A stretch of 64,000 nt of DNA from assembly GCF_963921235.1 (NCBI RefSeq), contig NC_086107.1, positions 100,132,001-100,196,000 of the forward strand, read 5' to 3'. Shown piece after piece: positions 1-64,000 of the stretch (the stretch's first letter is position 1; every line of letters starts with the position of its first letter). Position numbers and translations under genes: made by a program. The notes beneath the pieces are model-generated. The model did not search any database and had not been told where the DNA came from. It saw only the letters and a list, made by a program, of their open reading frames with translations. Origin of the DNA: Mobula hypostoma. Lineage: Eukaryota.

Positions 1-304
1 TTTCCCTTGTTATGTTTTGTAACTCCAATACATAAAATTAATTAAAAGCAGCAGAACACAAAACTGGGAATGTGAGTCTAACTACATGTTTACTTTCAGT
101 GAGGCATGCACGTATCACGTGGTAGTGTCGTGACATAGGCAGTTCACTTTATACTTACAACCCATAATAAATTATTTAAACAATGCTTAAATCAACAACA
201 TATTTACAAGATTACACAAATATTACAAACACAACAATCCTGACTAGTGTTCCTAGAACTAGGCTGTAAGTGGAGGGTTTGAGATTGAGACAAGGTATCT
301 ATAA

Positions 305-383
305 CAGGGTTTACCAAAGTTTTTTATGGCATGGAGCCTTGCCATTAACCAAAAGGTCCATGGACCCCAGGTTGGAAACCCTG
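305..383. mobile_element. Tiny hAT/Charlie-like MITE
   Basis: Ends CAGGGTTTACCAA...GTTGGAAACCCTG; flanks ATCTATAA/ATCTGTCA (decayed 8-bp TSD); similar to the copies at 49290 and 60635. Confidence 0.6.
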
Positions 384-1396
384 ATCTGTCAGAACAAGGA
401 CTGGTTAGGTTGGGTAACAACTTCACCCCACCCCCACCCCACCCTTGGCTCTGAGAATTCTGACACACTGCCACCACCCAGTACATTATTTATGTAGCAC
501 CGATAATACTGTTGTATATTAACTATGTGCAGTTTATGTCAACTTGCACATAATATCAGAAAAGGTAATTTTAAAAGGTTTTCTGTTTATCACATAGAGC
601 ACATTATTTAATGTGCTATATGTGATCTATGTACTGCATACTTCACTTGGCCCCTGAGGAATGTTGTTTCGTTTAGCTGTATACATGTATATAGTTGAAT
701 GACAATAAACTTGAACTTTTTACCTAATTGGTAAATTGAAATTCCTAACCCAGGAGGGTCATGAAGACTCAGCCTCTGAATATATTCAAAACAAGATCGA
801 TTCTCTTTTGGATATAGGATAGGGAATACAGGTTTAATGCAGGAAAGTGCTGTTTGAGGTAAAAAGTCAGTTAATCTTTTTGAATAGTGGAGAAGCACAA
901 TGGCCCAAACGCTTACCTTTTCTGTTTCTTGCGGTCCAGAAGTCTCATTGAAAACAGCTGATTTGGAATTTGGGGTAATTGTTTTGGTGATAAAACTGTC
1001 ACTTTGGAATATATTGGGGTAGAAAGCTACCTGAATTTGAGTTTGTTTGGATTTCAGGGCTACACTGTGATGCTCGTGGTTAACATTGTAATGGAAGCAT
1101 TTAACCCTGTTTTGATACTTAGAATTCTAAGCTTAATTGTCAAACGAGGTAGAGCTGTTGTAAGTGAACTAGCTGTAAGAATTTGCACTAACAAGCAGGA
1201 AGAAACGTGAATTTGTATAATTCTTTAACCCCCCCCCCTCCGGATAGCTCAACGTAATTAAATACTCTTTTGGAGTATGTTTGTATGGTAGAGGAACAAA
1301 TCTGATTCCGCTAGCTTTGCAGTAGAATCTTAAACACAGCATGATTTATATCCCGATCTATTCAAAGAGCACAAAGCTGCAGTATTGGTGCTAACG

Positions 1397-2367
1397 GGAT
1401 TTCCCCTCCTCCATTATTGATGCTGCCCTCACCTGTATCTCCTCCATTTCCTGAACATCCGTGCTCACTCCTTCTTCCCGCCTCATTAACAGTGACAAAG
1501 TCCTTGCCTACCACGCCACAAGCCTCTGCATCCAACACATCATCCTCCCAACTCCGTCATTTCCAAAGGAATCCTACCAATTTCTGCAAGGATTGCTCTT
1601 TCTGTGATTCCCTTGTCCATTTGTCCCTCCTGGCACTTGCCCTTGCAAGTGGCTTAAGTGCTACACTTGCCCATTCACCAACTGACTCGCCTCTATTCAG
1701 GGCCCCGAACAGTCTTTACCGGTGAGGCAACACTTCACCTGCGAATCTGCTGGGGTCCTCTATTGTGTCCACATCTACATTGGTGAGACCTGACATAAAT
1801 TGGAGGGCAGTTTCGTTGAGTACCTCCATTCCATCTACCAAAAGTGGAACTTCCCAGTGGCCAAACATTTTAATTCCAGTTCCAACATGTGGGTCTATGT
1901 CTCTTGTGCCAAGATGGGGCCCCCCCTCAGGGTGGAGAAGCAACAACCCTATATTCCTTCTGGATAGCCTCCAACCTGATGGCATAAATATAGATTTCTC
2001 CCTCTGGTAATTTATTTTTCTCTCCCTTCGTCCCCCTCCCTTCTATTCCCCACTCTGGCCTTTTTGCCTCTTCTTACCTTCTTAACACTTCCCCTCTTCC
2101 CCTAGGTTCTTCCACCCCCCCCACCCCTTTCCTTTCTCCTATGGTCCACTTGCATCTCCTATCAGACTATCAGATTCCTTCTTCTCTAACCCTTTATCTT
2201 TCCTATCCACTTGGCTCCACCTATCACATTTTTCCACCTTTTTATTGTCTTCTTCCTTCCCTTCCAGTCTTGAAGAAGGGTCTTGACCTGAAACAATGAC
2301 TGTTTATTCATTTCCAAAGATGCTACCTGACCTACTGAGTTCTTCAAGCATTTTGTGTGTGTGTTGC
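1397..2367 (+). mobile_element. Degraded Penelope-like retroelement 3' part (GIY-YIG endonuclease remnant plus pLTR)
   Basis: Frameshifted peptide pieces RQHFTCES, YIGET, HFNS and DSLQPDGINIDFS; pyrimidine-rich tract; ends with a decayed hammerhead-like motif (about 2266-2303) and a tail related to the palindromic elements. Confidence 0.75.
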
Positions 2368-3499
2368 TAAATATTTGAGATCCTTGTACAGTCTGGCAGC
2401 TTTGGGGAGTTTGGCCCTGGACTAGCTGATTTTCCGGACTAGTGGGTGTTACTGCTATTACCCATATCCCCTTGTTTTACATGTTGCAAAAAAGTTCAAT
2501 CATGTAAGAAGTGTGATGTAAAGGGAACAGAAAATGCACAAGCACTTTGGATACCATCTGGCCACTGATCTATACATGTTCCTGACTCCTGCTTATCTAG
2601 ACCCTCTCTCTGACTACACCCCCACTTGCACTGTGGAACCCTGTCTCGTGTTCTGTACTAATGCTCGAGCCAGGTGCCAGGCCATTAGGATTCTGGAATG
2701 ATCAGATATCAGATTATTGGAGTTTTACAGTACTTTGGAATTTAAAAATAGAAAATGGTAGGAATTTTCAGCAATTATTGGTGAAGAATCAAAGTTAACA
2801 TTTTAGGCCTGTGACCATTTAATCTTTAAGCAAAGGCATTGTATCTGTATGGGCCAAGATATTGTATCAAACCGATTTGTAGGAAGACGGTGAGTAGTGG
2901 TGACCAATTCTACCTCTCTAAGGCTGATTCTGCCTGTTCTGTAGGTGCCAAGTCACTGTTCATGTTTCTTACTTTAACTATACAATTATACATAAACTGA
3001 GCCGTATTAATAATGCAAAATACTGCATTTTTAATTTAAAAAATACAAAAGTTGCAATCAACATCTGTACAAGGAGAAATGGTTAAGAGTCAATGACCTA
3101 TTTTTGAATTTTTTTTGAAATTCCATTTTTCAGGCAGCATTGTTTATAGCATACATAGCAAAATAAAACCAAATTTAATCAGTTTAAATGTTTTTTATTT
3201 TTACCTTTTTCACCCTGGAAACTTTGAATCCTTTTCTGTCTTTGCAGCTGTGGTAACCTATGGCTTCCTTCAATCCTGCCTTTGTAAATCATTCATGAAG
3301 TTCATATCAATGGTTATTGTATGATGTTGAGCATATGTTTTCTGTCAGGTTTCGTCACGCCGTTCTTTCTGTCAATTAATGTTTTTGGAATCATTGATTC
3401 ATTTTTGACCAAGAATGTTTTTTTGTCATGTTGGTGTAATATAGATAAAAATGCTACATTTCTTTTGTAAACTTACATAATTTTGTTTTCCTTTTTTAG

Positions 3500-62049
<58,550 letters not shown>

Positions 62050-63070
62050 GTAAAATTGTCTTTGTATGTTTCCTGTTGCTCTTTTACTATGTAAAGCTTC
62101 TCAATGGCAGCCTTAATAGGTGAGCAGACATATGGACATACTTAAGGTTTACAGACTTTTACTCAAGGAAATGTGATTCAAATTTAGTGCAAGATTTTGG
62201 GTCCTAATCTGTTCATTGCATTCTTGTACATCAAGCTACTTTTTAAATTTATTGAGAGCGATGGCTTTTCTATCCATTTTAGGCAAGTGCTTCACGTGCC
62301 TGTCATCTTCAATGAAGACTATTTTCAACTTTTCAGATAATTGGTAGAATAAATCTATGCCCCATTGTTACTAACTTATCTGCAGGCAAGATGTAATACT
62401 GTGCAAATACAATATTTGTTCCGTAGGGCTCAATTATATCTCTCCCTCAACCTCTAGTTGTAAAAAAAAAGGTAATCAAAAGCCCATCCAATTTTTCCCG
62501 TAATTAACCTTTTCCAGCCTCTGCATGGTAATTTCAAATTCTTTCAGTATCCTCAAATGGTACTTCTGCCCCTTATTGACCAAACTATAAGTGGTAAACT
62601 GGACCTGGGTTATTTTTATTTAGTTGGAACATGGTCATCAGATTCAGGAATTCACTGAAAGAATTTCTCAAGTGTGCAAGATCCATTCATCTTCAATTAC
62701 CTCATTTATGGCACCTACCTTTTATAATGCAGGGATAATTTACTGAATACACACTATTCAATTCTGCTTGCAATTCCTCAACAGAAAATGCAGTTTGTGC
62801 CAACAACCAGCAGGATCTGGACAATATTCAGGCATGAAAAATCAAAGCTGTAGATGCTAGAAATGTGAAATAAAACAGTTTGCTGGAAACACTCAGCAGG
62901 TCGGGTAGCATCAGCTGAAAGCAAAACAAAAGACCATTAGTTAAAACTGGAAAAAACAGGTTAGTTTTAAATTTGCAGAGAGGATGGGAAGGGGATGGAA
63001 AGGACAAAGAGGATGTACTTGTGTGCAAGATAGAAGCCCCATTGTGATCTGCGGTAGATTGAGCTGTAAG

Positions 63071-63292
63071 GACCGCATGGTAGTGTAGTGGTTAGTGCAG
63101 ACCCAGGTGCAGTTCTATCACTTTCTGTAAGAAGTTTGTACATTCACTCCATGACCATGTGAGTTTCCTCTGGGTGCTCCAATTTCCTCCCATATTCCAA
63201 AGACATACTGTTAATGGGTCACATGGGTGTCATTGGGTGGTATGGGCTCGTTGGGTTGGAAGGCCTGATACCATCCTGTGTCTATAAATAAA
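63071..63292 (+). mobile_element. tRNA-derived V-SINE
   Basis: GGTAGTGTAGTGGTTAG head; V-domain GTTTCCTCTGGGTGCTCCAATTTCCTCCCATATTCCAAAGAC; CR1-like tail ending in AAATAAAT. Confidence 0.75.
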
Positions 63293-64000
63293 TGAACAGT
63301 TGCACAATATGGAAGCAGGCTCCCGACCCAACTCATCCACGCTGACCAAGTAAAATTAGTGTTGACTTGGAAAGGCTGTCTGTTCTCCTGAGCCAAGGTA
63401 GAGGAAACGAGATGCAGTCAAGGACTGTTAAACTTTGGTTAGAGAGGAATCTACAGTTTAGAACAGTGGGCATTTCAAATACACCTATATAGACCAATAT
63501 AGCAAAAACAAAGTAACTGAAACAATGGAGTTGAGTCCCTCCAGGAGATAGAATGAGTTGAAGTATAGGTGAGATGGCTGAGAGAGTCCCTGGGCTTGTA
63601 ATGGATTTTGACTGCTGATCTATTGCCACATGAAAATCTACAGCCATAGCAATGCAGTTCTGAATTTCTGCATGTGCATGAAGTAGCACCCAAACAATTG
63701 TCTTTGTACTAAAAAGGGTTAAGGAGGCCTGAATAGGTCTGAAACTAGGACTTGATCACTTATCCCACAGATATGCTTGATGGTAGAGGTTTCAAGGGTC
63801 TCCACATCAGCATCCTGGGGTCAGTTTGGACAAAAAACAGCTGGACTAGCCACAGATACTATGGCTGCAAGGTCACTTCCAAAACTTGGTATCATACAGC
63901 AACTGATTAACTTTCATGCATCTTAAACTTTTCACTGTCTGGAAGGCACATAACAGGATTGTGAAGGATTACTACCCATTTGTCTGGCGTACAGTTGCAA

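Noticed and set aside
8..236. Possible short solo LTR (TGTT...AACA)
   Set aside because: The flanks (TCCCT / ATCCT) give no clean TSD and it abuts the window edge, so it cannot be supported.
2389..2733. Possible old Tigger-like MITE
   Set aside because: The two ends do not form a convincing inverted-repeat pair.

Overview
AT-rich vertebrate genomic DNA, not prokaryotic. The repeat content (V-SINE, DeuSINE, CR1, Rex1/Babar and Penelope-like families) suggests a cartilaginous fish, probably a ray; this is inference. The window lies inside one + strand gene, non-muscle myosin heavy chain IIA (MYH9). I traced 28 constitutive coding exons (human-numbering exons 3-30, 3500..62049, 3762 nt in one open frame), covering the motor domain, IQ region and first part of the coiled coil. 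The start and stop codons are outside the window. The gene has a U12-type intron, a GC-AG intron, a 21-nt loop-1 microexon (QSTVLAY) and a 63-nt loop-2 cassette exon resembling the MYH10 B2 insert, followed by a TGCATG cluster. The introns are full of transposon remnants. The most unusual intronic features are: (i) four palindromic, TSD-flanked, Penelope-derived mini-elements, two with intact minimal hammerhead-ribozyme cores; (ii) a pogo/Tigger-like TIR element carrying the 5' end of 28S rRNA; (iii) an HDV-like ribozyme signature with a hairpin inserted next to L3; and (iv) a diverged direct repeat bracketing exon 22. All calls were made by eye and no databases were searched.
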